Shown one piece after another: positions 39,587 through 49,158 of a DNA stretch of 64,000 bases. The stretch's first letter is position 1; every line of letters begins with the position of its first letter. Position numbers and translations under genes: made by a program. Source of the DNA: Thermodesulfobacteriota bacterium (GTDB taxonomy: Bacteria; Desulfobacterota_D; UBA1144; Nemesobacterales; UBA2774); the NCBI GenBank assembly GCA_965216785.1, contig OZ244197.1, positions 3,040,001 to 3,104,000 of the forward strand, read 5' to 3'. Below the pieces are notes generated by a model. It searched no databases, was not told the origin of the DNA, and saw nothing but the letters and a program-made list of their open reading frames with translations.

Positions 39587-40360
39587 ATGTTTAAAATAAG
39601 CTTTAGGTTAATATTGTCGTTTTTCGTAATTAGTACTATGTACTTATCCGTAGTGTCTTCTTATGCGCAACAACAAGATGCATTGGGCGAAATCCATGCG
39701 AAAGGACAGGAAGTTGTCATACAGTTAAGCGACGGAAGTGAGATAACTCTTGAAAACGGCGAAGAATATCCACTTTATCCTGGCACTATAATAATTACCA
39801 AGGAAGATAGCCAGGCCGTGCTTAAAGTTGAGGGCGGGACTTATGTAATAGAACAAAACTCAACATTCATTGCAAATTTGCTTAGCTTAAAGAGCACGAG
39901 TCTTAGCATTGTGGGAACAAACCCTGGAGAAGTATGCTATTGTTTTCAACCAAACGCTCCATTCTTGGTAGACACTCTCATTACCAAAACCACTCCACAT
40001 CAAGGTCAAGTACAACAAGCCAATTACAAACTGTTCGTTCAGGGAAGAACAGATTTAACAGAAGGCAATGCGGCGGCCTATCAGCTTGAAAACAAAGTAG
40101 ACTTTACCACTCCAACATCAACATTTGTTATTGAAGAGGGTGAAGAGAAATACTATCCGAAAACCGAAAGAGAAGATGACGAAGAGGATGTCTTCGAATC
40201 GCGCGACGGATGCTGCGTTCCGGGTGCGGCGGTTATACTAACGACCAGCCCCACCGAATATATCTTGCCGATCATTTTGGGAACAGCGGTAATTACCGGG
40301 ACTATTATAGGTGTAACCGATGGCGATGGTGACGGCACATCCAGTAACGTAACACCTTAA
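39587..40360 (+). CDS. Exported hypothetical protein (FecR-like beta domain) with C-terminal hydrophobic segment
   Basis: SD AGGAGG before ATG 39587; signal peptide ending SYA; C-terminal YILPIILGTAVITGTIIGV then DGDGDGTSSNVTP. Confidence 0.65.
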   Translation: MFKISFRLILSFFVISTMYLSVVSSYAQQQDALGEIHAKGQEVVIQLSDGSEITLENGEEYPLYPGTIIITKEDSQAVLKVEGGTYVIEQNSTFIANLLSLKSTSLSIVGTNPGEVCYCFQPNAPFLVDTLITKTTPHQGQVQQANYKLFVQGRTDLTEGNAAAYQLENKVDFTTPTSTFVIEEGEEKYYPKTEREDDEEDVFESRDGCCVPGAAVILTTSPTEYILPIILGTAVITGTIIGVTDGDGDGTSSNVTP

Positions 40361-40462
40361 CAGCGGGTTAATTTCTGAGAACTAGGCAAAAGGATTAATC
40401 CAAACTTAACGGGTCAACGTAATAGTATTTAGAACAAAGTGAGTTGCAAAAGGATAGCCGTA

Positions 40463-41455
40463 ATGAAATGGCATAAAAGTACAATAATCTTAATACTTTC
40501 AATCTTAATACTCACGGCCTGTGGGTCAAAGTCCAATTCGGGAGTGCAGACTCTACCAAAACCTCAGGCGAGTAAACAGATAAGTAAGGAATCACAAAAA
40601 CTAAACAGACAGATTATAGAAGAGACATTCTCTGACCATTCTACAGTAGATTATCAGATAGGCCCGGGCGACTTGCTGGACGTTAAAGTAATGCAGGCAC
40701 CGGAACTGGATTCTCAAGCCAGGGTAAATTCTCAAAACTCGGTTTCACTCCCACTTTTGGGAAACGTTGAAGTGGCGGGTCTTACCGCTGTGGGTGCGCA
40801 GCAGAAAATATCTGATTTATTGTCCCAGAAGTATATGCATGATCCTCATGTTGTTGTATCGATAGCGGAATACAAAAGTAAAAGAGTAGCGGTAATCGGA
40901 AGTGTGTTAAAACCTGGAACATATGAGCTGCTTGGAAAAGGCTCATTATTAGACGCTCTCGCTCAGGCGGGCGGGCTTGCCCCGGACGCGAGCGAAATCG
41001 CATATGTAACCAGAAAGGACGAAGCGGGAAACGAAAAGTCCGTTGAGATAGACCTCGATCTTCTTTTGGATAAAGGTGAGAGCAACTTAAATATCCCCAT
41101 TCAAATGGGAGACGTGGTCTATATACCTGAAGCGGGTGTAGTATATGTTGACGGCGCGGTCGAAAACCCCGGGTCTTTCCCTCTTCAAGAAGATATGACA
41201 GTCAGTCAGGCTGTAACGGCAGCCGGGGGATTTAACGATGTAGCGGAGGACTCAAACATTAAGCTGGTTCGAAACGTAAACGGCCAAATACAGGTTACCC
41301 CGATAGACCTCGAGCTAGTACACGAAGGAACAGAGGCGGATATTGAACTGCAGGACCAAGACGTAGTTATAGTTGGTAAAAGCGGCATCAAAAGCTTCTT
41401 GGACGCTATAAAGTTCGGGCTATTCTTCCCGCCCTTTAGCGTAGGAGTACAGTAG
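40463..41455 (+). CDS. wza: Polysaccharide export lipoprotein (Wza/OPX; Poly_export + SLBB domains)
   Basis: Lipobox LTAC; YQIGPGDLL, SLPLLGNVEVAGLT; two SLBB repeats. Confidence 0.88.
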   Translation: MKWHKSTIILILSILILTACGSKSNSGVQTLPKPQASKQISKESQKLNRQIIEETFSDHSTVDYQIGPGDLLDVKVMQAPELDSQARVNSQNSVSLPLLGNVEVAGLTAVGAQQKISDLLSQKYMHDPHVVVSIAEYKSKRVAVIGSVLKPGTYELLGKGSLLDALAQAGGLAPDASEIAYVTRKDEAGNEKSVEIDLDLLLDKGESNLNIPIQMGDVVYIPEAGVVYVDGAVENPGSFPLQEDMTVSQAVTAAGGFNDVAEDSNIKLVRNVNGQIQVTPIDLELVHEGTEADIELQDQDVVIVGKSGIKSFLDAIKFGLFFPPFSVGVQ

Positions 41456-41480
41456 GCATTAATATTTCAGGCTATTAACT

Positions 41481-43868
41481 ATGGATAACAGACACAACAG
41501 CGACGACGGCAGAAAAGGCGGACAGTTAGTCCCGGCACGCGAAGACAGAGCGCTCAGAGATTACGAACAGACACAGGAGATATTACGGGCGTACCCTGTT
41601 GAAGAGGATGATATCAGCATTCTTAGATATCTAGACGTAGTGCTCCGGCGCAAAAAGATTATAATAGCTTTTTTCGCTATAGTCGTCATCACAGCCCTTA
41701 TTGGGACATTTCTTTCAGACCCCCTTTATAAAGCGACTGCCAAACTTGAAATTTCACTAGATAATCAACGTATCGTCAACTTTGATCAGGTCGTCGAAAT
41801 TGAAGGTAAGACTAAGGAGTTCTACGAAACCCAATATTTACTATTAAAAAGTAAGTCTCTTGCTAAAGAAGTTGTGAACGATCTTAACTTATCGGAGCAT
41901 CCCGAGTTTTCGGGCTCAAATAAAGAGCCGGGACCCATATCACAAATTACGAGCGGGGTGAAGAACTCCATATCGGGCTTAATAGGCGGTATAAAGGGGC
42001 TTGTAGTTAAATCCCCTGAAGGCGCCAAGTCTATAGACCCGAAACTCTCTCAATTGAGAAAGCAAGATGGTATGTCCAGCAATTTTGTAAGCAGAATAAC
42101 GGTAGAGCCGATTGGAAAATCCAGGCTTGTGAATATAAGCTTTGAAGCTCACGACAGACAGCTCGCGGCAGACGCCGTAAACGGACTAGCTGACGGCTTC
42201 ATCGACTGGCTCCTTGACAGAAAAGTAGACGCGACCAAAAAAGGGAGGGACTTTCTTAAGAAGCAGCTAACCCAAGCTCAAGTTAATCTGGAAAGCTCTG
42301 AAGAGGAACTAAACAAATTCGCCAAGAAAAATGATATCGTTTCTCTTGATGAGAATATGAACATTATTTACCACACATTCACAACCTTAAACGACGCTTT
42401 GGCAGAAGCGCAAAAGGTCAGACTCGAGAAAGAATCGCTCTACAACCATGTTAAAACCGGAAACATCGAATCACTGCCGGTCATAATAAACGATGATTAT
42501 ATTCAGGATCTTAAATCGCAGCACGCTACTATAAAATCGGAATACAGCAGGATGAGCGCTACATTTAAGCCCGAATATCCGGCGCTTAAGGAGTTAGGCG
42601 CAAAAGTAGCTTCTCTTGAAGCTAAAATAAGCGAGGCTGAGAATAATGTTGCGGCCTCAATTGAGTCCGATTATAAAGCGGCACTCCAAAAGGAACAGAC
42701 ACTCCAGGCAAAGTATTCCGAGCAAAAAGACCTTGCTCTGGATCTGAATGAAAGGTCCGTACAGTATAATATTTTAAAGAGAGATGTTGATTCCAATAAG
42801 TCTATATATGATTCACTGCTCCAGAGATTAAAAGAAACAGAAGTGGCATCGGCAATTACAGCAAGCCATATTCAGGTCGTAGACTACGCCTCTGTACCGC
42901 TTGCTCCCTTTAAGCCCAATCTAAAGCTCAACTTGCTATTTGCGGGTTTCATAGGCATCTTCGGCGGCGTGTGCTTTGCTTTCTTCCTTGAATACCTAGA
43001 TAACACTGTAAGAACACCAGAAGAGGTAAGAGACAAATTAAGACTCCCTCTCATCGGCGGCATCTATGAGCTAGAGAAAACAGAAAAAGAGATGCTCCCG
43101 GTTGAGAAATCCTTCTTACTCGATCCGCGCTCACACATAGCCGAGGCTTTCCGTACCATAAGAACCTCTATAATGTTATCTACACCCGGGAACCCTCCGC
43201 AGACGATACTTGTTACCAGCTGTTTCCCCTCTGAGGGGAAAACAACCGTATCCATAAACCTGGCTTCGTCGTTTGCTCAAGCCGGAAGCAAAGTGCTTTT
43301 ATTAGAGGCAGACCTGCGACGCCCAAGAATCGGTAGCATACTAGAGTCAAACGGCAACGGTCTTAGCAGTTATTTAACCGGCAATGCTAGCTTGGGTGAA
43401 GTAATAAAAGAATCGGACTTACCAAACCTTTCGATACTTCCTGTGGGTGCTTTGCCTGTAAACCCTTCAGAGCTACTGGGCTCTGAGCAAATGAGAGACT
43501 TAATCGATAAACTAAGGGACGAGTTCGAGTATATTATCGTTGACGGACCGCCCTCACTTGGGTTTGTCGACTCTCACCTTTTATCTAACATTGTCGACGG
43601 AGTGGCTGTCGTAATCAGGGCGGGAAGCACGCCCCGTAAATCGATAAGGGAGTTGATCGATAAACTCTACAGTATCAGGGCAAACTTTCTTGGAGTTATC
43701 ATCAACGGAATAGAGCTTAATCAAAGCGGGTACTACTACAAATCATACAGCTACTACTACGGCGCTAACGAAGAAGATTCAAAAGAAAAAGATAACTATC
43801 TCCCGGAGCGTGTTGCAGAAGAGAATGACAATAGTGATTTCCAGTCCCCTAAAGACTCAACGTCTTGA
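41481..43868 (+). CDS. wzc: Polysaccharide co-polymerase / tyrosine autokinase (Wzc/GumC)
   Basis: Two TMs flanking a coiled coil; EAFRTIRT, PSEGKTT, EADLRRP, VDGPP; C-terminal YYYKSYSYYY. Confidence 0.92.
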   Translation: MDNRHNSDDGRKGGQLVPAREDRALRDYEQTQEILRAYPVEEDDISILRYLDVVLRRKKIIIAFFAIVVITALIGTFLSDPLYKATAKLEISLDNQRIVNFDQVVEIEGKTKEFYETQYLLLKSKSLAKEVVNDLNLSEHPEFSGSNKEPGPISQITSGVKNSISGLIGGIKGLVVKSPEGAKSIDPKLSQLRKQDGMSSNFVSRITVEPIGKSRLVNISFEAHDRQLAADAVNGLADGFIDWLLDRKVDATKKGRDFLKKQLTQAQVNLESSEEELNKFAKKNDIVSLDENMNIIYHTFTTLNDALAEAQKVRLEKESLYNHVKTGNIESLPVIINDDYIQDLKSQHATIKSEYSRMSATFKPEYPALKELGAKVASLEAKISEAENNVAASIESDYKAALQKEQTLQAKYSEQKDLALDLNERSVQYNILKRDVDSNKSIYDSLLQRLKETEVASAITASHIQVVDYASVPLAPFKPNLKLNLLFAGFIGIFGGVCFAFFLEYLDNTVRTPEEVRDKLRLPLIGGIYELEKTEKEMLPVEKSFLLDPRSHIAEAFRTIRTSIMLSTPGNPPQTILVTSCFPSEGKTTVSINLASSFAQAGSKVLLLEADLRRPRIGSILESNGNGLSSYLTGNASLGEVIKESDLPNLSILPVGALPVNPSELLGSEQMRDLIDKLRDEFEYIIVDGPPSLGFVDSHLLSNIVDGVAVVIRAGSTPRKSIRELIDKLYSIRANFLGVIINGIELNQSGYYYKSYSYYYGANEEDSKEKDNYLPERVAEENDNSDFQSPKDSTS

Positions 43869-43895
43869 TTTTCTTCCGTACGCCAAACGACAGTT

Positions 43896-45122
43896 ATGAA
43901 TCTTTCACTGCGTCCTCGCTATAAGCAAATACTAGCTGTCATAGCGATCTTAATAATTGTCGCTTTTTTAATCCATAGCTCATTTAAAACCTGGCTTGCT
44001 TACTCGTACGCTGAAGGCCCTCAGCCCGAGGGGCTCAGACTAGCATACGCAAATGATCCCGGTAATCCCGATTACTCTTTTCTAATCGCATATTACCTAA
44101 TGGAATACGATGACCAGTCTTCTTACGAATCAGCATTAGAAGAATACAAAAAAGCCCTCACCCTCTCCCCTTTCAATAATAATTACTGGTTTTATCTGGC
44201 CGAGCTTCTGCATTACGGAGGCCAACGCGAACAAGCTCTATACGCTCTTAATGAAGCTACAACTCTCTCACCGGGTACAGTGTCGCTCAGGTGGAGAGCC
44301 GGCATGCTGGCCTCTAAGCTTGGAGATCGAGAATCGGTGCTCGACAATCTTAGCGCTGTTATTGAATACGATCCCCACAGACGCAGAAAAGCCTTTGCGC
44401 TGCTCTGGCAAGCTGTAGGTAATGAGGATAAAATTTTTAACAGTATTTCAGATAACGCATTATCACCCTATTTTTATTACCTCAGAACAACCGGCAGAAT
44501 AGATCAGGCGGGCAAAGTCTTTGAAAGACTGAGAGAGCTAAATTACGATACAAGCATAGTAGCCTATAAATATGTAGCCGATCTGATTCGAAGCGGCGAC
44601 ATAGACTCGGCAAAACAAATCTGGATAGATACATATGGCGATTGGGATGGAGTATGGAACGGCAGTTTTGATGAAGATATGAAAAACGACGGATTTGATT
44701 GGAGACTGGGGGTAGTAGATGGCGTTAAGATGAAAAAAGATCTAGACTCTCACAGCGGAGATTACTCCCTCATGGTCACTTTTGATAGCAAGCACGACAT
44801 AGATTTCAGCCATCTATCTCAAGTAATTCCCGTTCAGGATGGAAGTAACTACACAGTAAATCTCTACGTTAAAACTGACGACATATTAACTTCAGAGGAC
44901 TTGCAATGGCAGGTCTATTGTTTATATACTGAGGAGCTTAACGCCCGCTCAAGTTCGATAATCGGTACGCATGACTGGAAGCCCTATACCATAACATTCA
45001 CTGCGCCAAAGGGCTGCGGGGCAATAAATCTTCGCCTAATATTGGATAAAAGCGATAAGGTCAATAAGCTCATATCGGGAACCCTGTGGGTAGATGATGT
45101 AAGCATAACAAAAAATTACTGA
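43896..45122 (+). CDS. Membrane-anchored TPR protein with C-terminal carbohydrate-binding (CBM4/9-like) domain
   Basis: N-terminal TM; TPR-like ALTLSP/ATTLSP; WNGSFD...GTHDW...GTLWVDDVSI. Confidence 0.7.
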   Translation: MNLSLRPRYKQILAVIAILIIVAFLIHSSFKTWLAYSYAEGPQPEGLRLAYANDPGNPDYSFLIAYYLMEYDDQSSYESALEEYKKALTLSPFNNNYWFYLAELLHYGGQREQALYALNEATTLSPGTVSLRWRAGMLASKLGDRESVLDNLSAVIEYDPHRRRKAFALLWQAVGNEDKIFNSISDNALSPYFYYLRTTGRIDQAGKVFERLRELNYDTSIVAYKYVADLIRSGDIDSAKQIWIDTYGDWDGVWNGSFDEDMKNDGFDWRLGVVDGVKMKKDLDSHSGDYSLMVTFDSKHDIDFSHLSQVIPVQDGSNYTVNLYVKTDDILTSEDLQWQVYCLYTEELNARSSSIIGTHDWKPYTITFTAPKGCGAINLRLILDKSDKVNKLISGTLWVDDVSITKNY

Positions 45123-45130
45123 GAGCGTTA

Positions 45131-46528
45131 TTGAACACTACTATGAGAAGAGCCCCGGAATTGATCCTCGATATCTTAATCAGCGCCGGCATAGCGATAA
45201 TACTGCTGAGTCCTTTTCCCTATGGGACCGTGGAGACGTGGTCGGTCTCCCTATTTGAAATAGTGTCGTTTCTAACTTTAGGGTTATGGTGTCTGAGAGA
45301 AGTTAGCAGCAAGAGAATAAGACTTGCAGCTTCCCCCCTATATCTTCCTATGGGTCTACTTTTTATTTTGATCGTTATTCAGCTAATACCTATGCCTTTG
45401 TCGATTTTGAAATATATTTCCCCTCATACACAAGCCATGCTCAATCAAGCTACGGAGGGGCTTAATTACATTTTCGGCGAGAGTACAATCAGCTCTTTCA
45501 CTATCAGCATAAATCCCTATGCGACTAAAGAGAAATTGTTGCTCTACTTCTCTTACGCAGCATTTTTTATAGTTACCTCAAACTACGTTGCAAGCAGAAA
45601 TCAGCTCAAAAAATATTTTTGGCTTATACTGGCGGTTGGAGTTATTCAGTCTCTAATAGGTATAGCTCAATACATAAGCAGCGCAAGCGCGCTAGCGGCG
45701 TCCGGCACATATATTAATCCAAATCACTTTGGAGGATTATTGATTTTAATTATCCCCCTTTCTCTGGGCTACATATTATATATGAGTCAAAGAACAAGAG
45801 GCGGAGATAATCTTTTTACTATTATTAGACAATCCAAATTTTCAAACCAGCTACTGCTCTTCTTCGCTACCATTTTAATGGGAACGGGGCTGATAATGTC
45901 TGAGTCAAGAGGCGCTCTTATATCTGTTTTAGCTGCGATTGCTATATTCTATATACTTCTTTCCTGGAAAAAGAAAACCCGATCTGGAACACTCTTCATA
46001 GGATTATTTCTCACAATTATTGCTATATACTCATTTTGGATAGGCATCGATCCTGTTATTGAAAAATTTGCAGAAACCTCGGAAACACTACCAAAGCGAA
46101 CATTTATTTGGAAAGACACACTGACGATAATTAAGGACTTTCCTCTGTTTGGGACGGGGCTCGGGACATACAGTCTCAGTTTTTCTTTATATAAAAATGT
46201 CGCGTACTGGCCTACCATTATACAGCACGCTCACAATGATTACCTGGAACTCTTGTCTGAAACGGGAATAATCGGATTTTTGCTAGTAATGTGGGGAATA
46301 GTAATATTCTATAAGCAGGCTATATCGAAATTTCTAAGAAATAATCCTCACAATGACCCTCTTAGGTATTACTTAGTGCTTGGAGCTATAAGCGGCTCAC
46401 TTGGAATGATGGTGCATGTGATTACGGATTTTAATTTTCAAATTCCCGCAAACGCTTACTATTTTACGTTTCTTCTTGGTATATCAACTAGTATATCTAA
46501 TGTGTCCAGGCAAAAGAAGAATGTTTAA
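45131..46528 (+). CDS. O-antigen ligase/polymerase-like (Wzy_C) membrane protein
   Basis: GTYINPNHF, SESRG, FGTGLGTY, HAHNDYLELLSETG, DFNFQIPAN. Confidence 0.88.
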   Translation: MNTTMRRAPELILDILISAGIAIILLSPFPYGTVETWSVSLFEIVSFLTLGLWCLREVSSKRIRLAASPLYLPMGLLFILIVIQLIPMPLSILKYISPHTQAMLNQATEGLNYIFGESTISSFTISINPYATKEKLLLYFSYAAFFIVTSNYVASRNQLKKYFWLILAVGVIQSLIGIAQYISSASALAASGTYINPNHFGGLLILIIPLSLGYILYMSQRTRGGDNLFTIIRQSKFSNQLLLFFATILMGTGLIMSESRGALISVLAAIAIFYILLSWKKKTRSGTLFIGLFLTIIAIYSFWIGIDPVIEKFAETSETLPKRTFIWKDTLTIIKDFPLFGTGLGTYSLSFSLYKNVAYWPTIIQHAHNDYLELLSETGIIGFLLVMWGIVIFYKQAISKFLRNNPHNDPLRYYLVLGAISGSLGMMVHVITDFNFQIPANAYYFTFLLGISTSISNVSRQKKNV

Positions 46529-46541
46529 AGCGAACATCTAA

Positions 46542-46560
46542 TATTCACAAAGTGTGAATA
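46542..46560. terminator. Hairpin between convergent operons (possible terminator)
   Basis: TATTCACA-AAG-TGTGAATA perfect stem; no clear T tract. Confidence 0.35.
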
Positions 46561-46603
46561 CTTACACAACATTTAGCAGCCCTGATATTACAATATGCTG
46601 CGT

Positions 46604-48520
46604 TTATTTTAGTGATGCTTCAGTCGCATCACCGGACTCTTCAATATCCTCACTTTGCGAATTGCTATAAGTAGGCACCAAGTTTTTTATACTTGATATA
46701 ATGATTTCATTCGAGTCGCCTCTTTCTGAAATGTTGATGAGCTCATCTACAACATTAAGATAATCCACTTGCTGAGGGTTTTTATCGTGGGCTATAAAAA
46801 TCTTTTTTCTTATTGTAACGGTTGTATCTTCCTCTGCCGTAAGAATTTCCTCATACAGTTTTTCTCCGGGCCTAAGACCTGTATAAACTATCGGTATGTC
46901 CTTATCCGGCACAAATCCGAAGGAGTGGATAATGTTTTTAGCTAAGTCCAGAATATTGACCTGCTTACCCATGTCTAATACAAAAACTTCTCCCCCCCTG
47001 CCCAGCGCGCCTGCCTGAAGCACTAAGAATACAGCTTCATGAATACTCATAAAATACCTCATCATATTTGGATGAGTAACCGTAACGGGCCCACCTCTTC
47101 TTACCTGATCCTTGAAAATAGGTATAACGCTCCCTCTGCTGTCGAGAACATTGCCGAAACGTACGGATACGAATTCGGTTTTATCGCTGCGTGTCTCCTT
47201 GAGCATATTTTCAGAGACTCTTTTCGTCGCTCCCATCACACTTGTGGGGTTTACAGCTTTGTCGGTGGATATGAAAATAAATTTCTCGACATTATTCTTC
47301 AGCGCAAGCTGAGAGGTTACCTTAGTACCTAACACATTATTAAGCACAGCTTCCCTGGCATTTTTCTCCAATAACGGCACATGCTTATACGCTGCGGCGT
47401 GAAAAACTACATTCGGACTATATTCCTTAAATATCTTTCCCATCCCGACTTCATCTTTAACGTCCGCCACGATCGACACGTTAGGCACATGCCTGAGCTT
47501 TTCGCCCATCTCCTTGTTTATATAAAATAGCTCTGTATCCCCAACATCTACAAGTACAAGGAGCTCGGGTTCAAATCCCGATATTTGCCTGCAGAGCTCA
47601 GACCCTATTGAACCTCCGGCGCCAGTGACCAACACGCGCTTACCTTTAATATATGAAAAAATACTATCCACTTCCTGGCTTACGGATTTTCTGCCCAAAA
47701 AGTCCTCTGCCGAAACCTCTTTAAAATCACCTACAGTGACTTTCCCCGCGATAACTTCAGGCAGTCCAGGCATTATCCTAATGTGATCAATCCCTGACTC
47801 CCGACAGTACTCAAGTATATCGCTGATCTGTGATGACGTTGCGGTAGGTATGGAAAGGATAATCCCTTCAATATTATATTTCGCCACTACTTTAGGTATG
47901 TCTTTGCTGCTTCCGACAACCTGAAGTCCACGAATATAATTTCCGAGCTTTCCCGGATCGTCGTCTACAAATGCCACAGGGACATAAGAATAGCTCAGAT
48001 TAGTCGGCCATTTCAGCTCATTTAGCAAATGCACACCGGCATTTCCCGCGCCGACAATAAGCACTCTCTTCCCTTCCTGCTTTTTATAATCCGATTGATA
48101 GAAGATCCTGTAACCGAATCGAAGCCCGAAGCTAAACAGAAACGTAAGTAAAAAATCAATTAACGCAACTGATCTCGGATATCCCTCCATTAATGGTAAA
48201 TCCCGGAATATAACGCTCAGCAAAGTTAATAAGCCGGCGGATAATAGAGATGCCTTCAATACTCCCTGAAGCTCGTAAAGCGAGAAGTATCTATAGGAAA
48301 TTTTATAAAGCTTAAATTGCCAAAATACTGCAAGCTTTATCGGTGCATACAAAGCGAGGAGAAATAATATCTGAGGAATAAAACCGCTCCGTATTTCCCC
48401 TAATCTTATATAATATGAAAAGAACAGTATCACGACAAAAAGCACTAAGTCCGTGGTCAATGTGATCGGGAGTTTATAGTGTCTATTTTCATCTACTAAT
48501 CGGATTATTATATTTCTCAA
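46604..48520 (-). CDS. UDP-GlcNAc 4,6-dehydratase (PglF/WbpM/CapD family)
   Basis: 4 N-terminal TMs; TGAGGSIGSE, HAAAYKHVP, STDKAVNP, MGATK, RFGNVLDSRGSV. Confidence 0.92.
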   Translation of the reverse strand: MRNIIIRLVDENRHYKLPITLTTDLVLFVVILFFSYYIRLGEIRSGFIPQILFLLALYAPIKLAVFWQFKLYKISYRYFSLYELQGVLKASLLSAGLLTLLSVIFRDLPLMEGYPRSVALIDFLLTFLFSFGLRFGYRIFYQSDYKKQEGKRVLIVGAGNAGVHLLNELKWPTNLSYSYVPVAFVDDDPGKLGNYIRGLQVVGSSKDIPKVVAKYNIEGIILSIPTATSSQISDILEYCRESGIDHIRIMPGLPEVIAGKVTVGDFKEVSAEDFLGRKSVSQEVDSIFSYIKGKRVLVTGAGGSIGSELCRQISGFEPELLVLVDVGDTELFYINKEMGEKLRHVPNVSIVADVKDEVGMGKIFKEYSPNVVFHAAAYKHVPLLEKNAREAVLNNVLGTKVTSQLALKNNVEKFIFISTDKAVNPTSVMGATKRVSENMLKETRSDKTEFVSVRFGNVLDSRGSVIPIFKDQVRRGGPVTVTHPNMMRYFMSIHEAVFLVLQAGALGRGGEVFVLDMGKQVNILDLAKNIIHSFGFVPDKDIPIVYTGLRPGEKLYEEILTAEEDTTVTIRKKIFIAHDKNPQQVDYLNVVDELINISERGDSNEIIISSIKNLVPTYSNSQSEDIEESGDATEASLK

Positions 48521-49158
48521 ATTTGAATCACTCCAAAAATTGTTCTGATGATTATTCTTATATCCGTCTGAAAGCTCATATCGTTGATATACTTTCTATA
48601 AAGTAAGATCTTCTCCGGCAGAATCTCATCTATGTAGGCTTCCTCCACATCTTCATACCCTGCGAGAATCTCTTCTTCGTTCTTAAACTCGAGCGCCGCA
48701 TAATCGGTAAGTCCGGGACTGATCTGTAATATATAAGAGTAATCGTTCTCAAATAAATCCACGTATTTTTTAGATTCAGGCCTGGGACCAACGACACTCA
48801 TCTCCCCCTTCAGCACATTATACAGCTGAGGCAGCTCATCCAGTTTATATTTCCTCAGATACTTACCCACCGCCGTTATCCTGTTATCGTCTCGAGATGT
48901 AATGGAGAGACCTTTAGCTTCAGAGCTATTTGTCATTGTCCTGAACTTGTAGAGTATAAAAGGACTTGCGTTCTTACCCATTCTTGTTTGTTTAAATAGA
49001 CCCGGCCCCTCCCCGGATAGTTTTACAAGTATCCAGATAATTACCAACACGGGTGAAAGCACTATAAGAAATGTTAAAGAAAACACAATATCAAATAGCC
49101 GCTTTCCAAATCCGATATATAAACTTTTAGATTTATACTCTATGCTTTTCACAAACAT
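48517..49158 (-). CDS. Monotopic phosphoglycosyl transferase (PglC-like)
   Basis: KRLFDI, YKFRTM, KLDELPQL, GEMSVVGPRP. Confidence 0.92.
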   Translation of the reverse strand: MFVKSIEYKSKSLYIGFGKRLFDIVFSLTFLIVLSPVLVIIWILVKLSGEGPGLFKQTRMGKNASPFILYKFRTMTNSSEAKGLSITSRDDNRITAVGKYLRKYKLDELPQLYNVLKGEMSVVGPRPESKKYVDLFENDYSYILQISPGLTDYAALEFKNEEEILAGYEDVEEAYIDEILPEKILLYRKYINDMSFQTDIRIIIRTIFGVIQI

